A stretch of DNA of 64,000 nt from the IMG/VR virus record IMGVR_UViG_3300034410_000589, positions 9,459 through 73,458 of that record; one strand, written 5' to 3'. The translations under genes were made by a program, and so were the position numbers. The notes under the pieces were generated by a model. That model was not told the DNA's origin. It made no database searches and saw only the letters and a list, made by a program, of their open reading frames with translations. Position 1 is the first letter of the stretch, and every line of letters begins with the position of its first letter. Positions 63,221 to 64,000 of the stretch are shown in pieces. This stretch comes from a virus (Duplodnaviria; Caudoviricetes).

Positions 63221-63721
63221 AACATACTCGCTAATTGTTTTTTCTCTTGCGGATTTAATGCTTTTAATTGTTTCATTATTGCAGGTGGAACTTTAGGTTG
63301 TGCTTGCTTAGTTTGCCCTGCTTGTCCCGGAGCAGCCGCTTGCGGTGCGGCGCCAGCCGCGGGTGCTGTTTTTTGAACACCTTGTTTACCTGCCATAGCG
63401 TCTTTGGCTGCTTGCTTTATTAATAATGTTCTTGTTAACTACACCACTAGGAATGCCAGGAACTTTAACACCTTTAGAATTTAAAAATCCACTAAGATCT
63501 TCACCAGTAGCAGTTTTAATGTCTTTGTCTTGCGTACCAAGATATCTACGAAACTCGTTGTATAAGTTATTTGCTGTATCAGATAAATCAGCTTTACCAG
63601 CTAAGTTACCTGCTTTGCCTTTCATACCAATAGCACCAAGAGCTCGTGATCCAGCAGCTTGTCCTGCTTTCTTTAACATTCCTACAGGTGCTTCTTTAAG
63701 TGTTACATCATCTATACGCAT
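63217..63721 (-). pseudogene. Late gene interrupted by a one-base frame discrepancy near 63415-63445 (assembly error, mutation or recoding)
   Basis: The track ORF stops at 63386, but the +1 frame continues KQAAKDAMAGKQG...KQLASML to TGA at 63217-63219, overlapping the next ATG (ATGA). Confidence 0.6.
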
Positions 63722-63749
63722 TTTGAATCCTTTGTGTAATATTACTTTG

Positions 63750-63757
63750 TATTTATA
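63750..63757 (-). promoter_or_regulatory. Late promoter TATAAATA
   Basis: Perfect consensus 29 nt upstream of the ATG at 63721. Confidence 0.7.
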
Positions 63758-64000
63758 TGTTTCGTTACACGAAACAACTTTTCGCTTACGCTCAAAGTAA
63801 ACACTTCGTTTGTATGAAAGTAGTAATATATGAATAAAGCATTTTTACGTAGTAAAAATGTAATTACTTCATGTAGATTGTTTCAGTCAGACGGAACCTG
63901 TTTATGGTTCCATCCAATCTTGACGCTTGCGCTCTTCATGTGAGTGGCCACAGCCGAGACATTGGAAGTAGGTTATTTGTTTATACACAAAGTACAATGG

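Noticed and set aside
1-64000. Alternative genetic code (stop-codon reassignment) as in some large phages
   Set aside because: Standard-code ORFs tile the window densely, including 5-7 kb genes, and genes end in TAA, TAG and TGA.
1-64000. tRNA, rRNA, integrase, transposase, intron or intein
   Set aside because: No cloverleaf or recognisable motifs seen by eye; portal, capsid and protease genes look uninterrupted. A tRNAscan/Infernal run would be needed to exclude small RNAs fully.

Overview
This window is part of a large, AT-rich tailed dsDNA phage genome of the T4 superfamily (gp23/gp20/gp21-type head genes and TATAAATA-type late promoters). It is most likely an uncultured aquatic myovirus-like phage; the host cannot be determined from this window. 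Most of it is the virion morphogenesis region. Left end: divergent neck genes (gp13-like, cut by the edge, versus gp14/gp15-like) followed by a NUDIX hydrolase and a cupin. From 4.1 to 60.3 kb everything is on the minus strand. That block holds a fibre/S8-protease/FG-GAP module, a tailoring-enzyme island (U32-like/methyltransferase fusion, flavin-dependent halogenase, 2OG-Fe(II) oxygenase), several candidate receptor-binding proteins, and four 1,800-2,300 aa fibre/baseplate proteins in two paralogous pairs. It ends with the head cluster (major capsid, scaffold, protease, acidic core protein, portal) and a tape-measure-like gene. Best leads: (1) a complete candidate -1 programmed frameshift (T TTT TTC, 5-nt spacer, 11-bp stem, open -1 frame) fusing the gp26-like gene to a gp51-like ORF, like lambda G/GT; (2) a cupredoxin-like type-1 copper motif in four virion-type proteins, with Met or Gln as the axial residue; (3) the U32-methyltransferase/halogenase/oxygenase island; (4) a modular adsorption apparatus built from a shared docking motif and helix-plus-cap gene pairs; (5) two long, apparently structured 5' leaders. 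No tRNA, rRNA, CRISPR array, integrase or reverse transcriptase was seen. All assignments come from reading motifs by eye; no database search was run.
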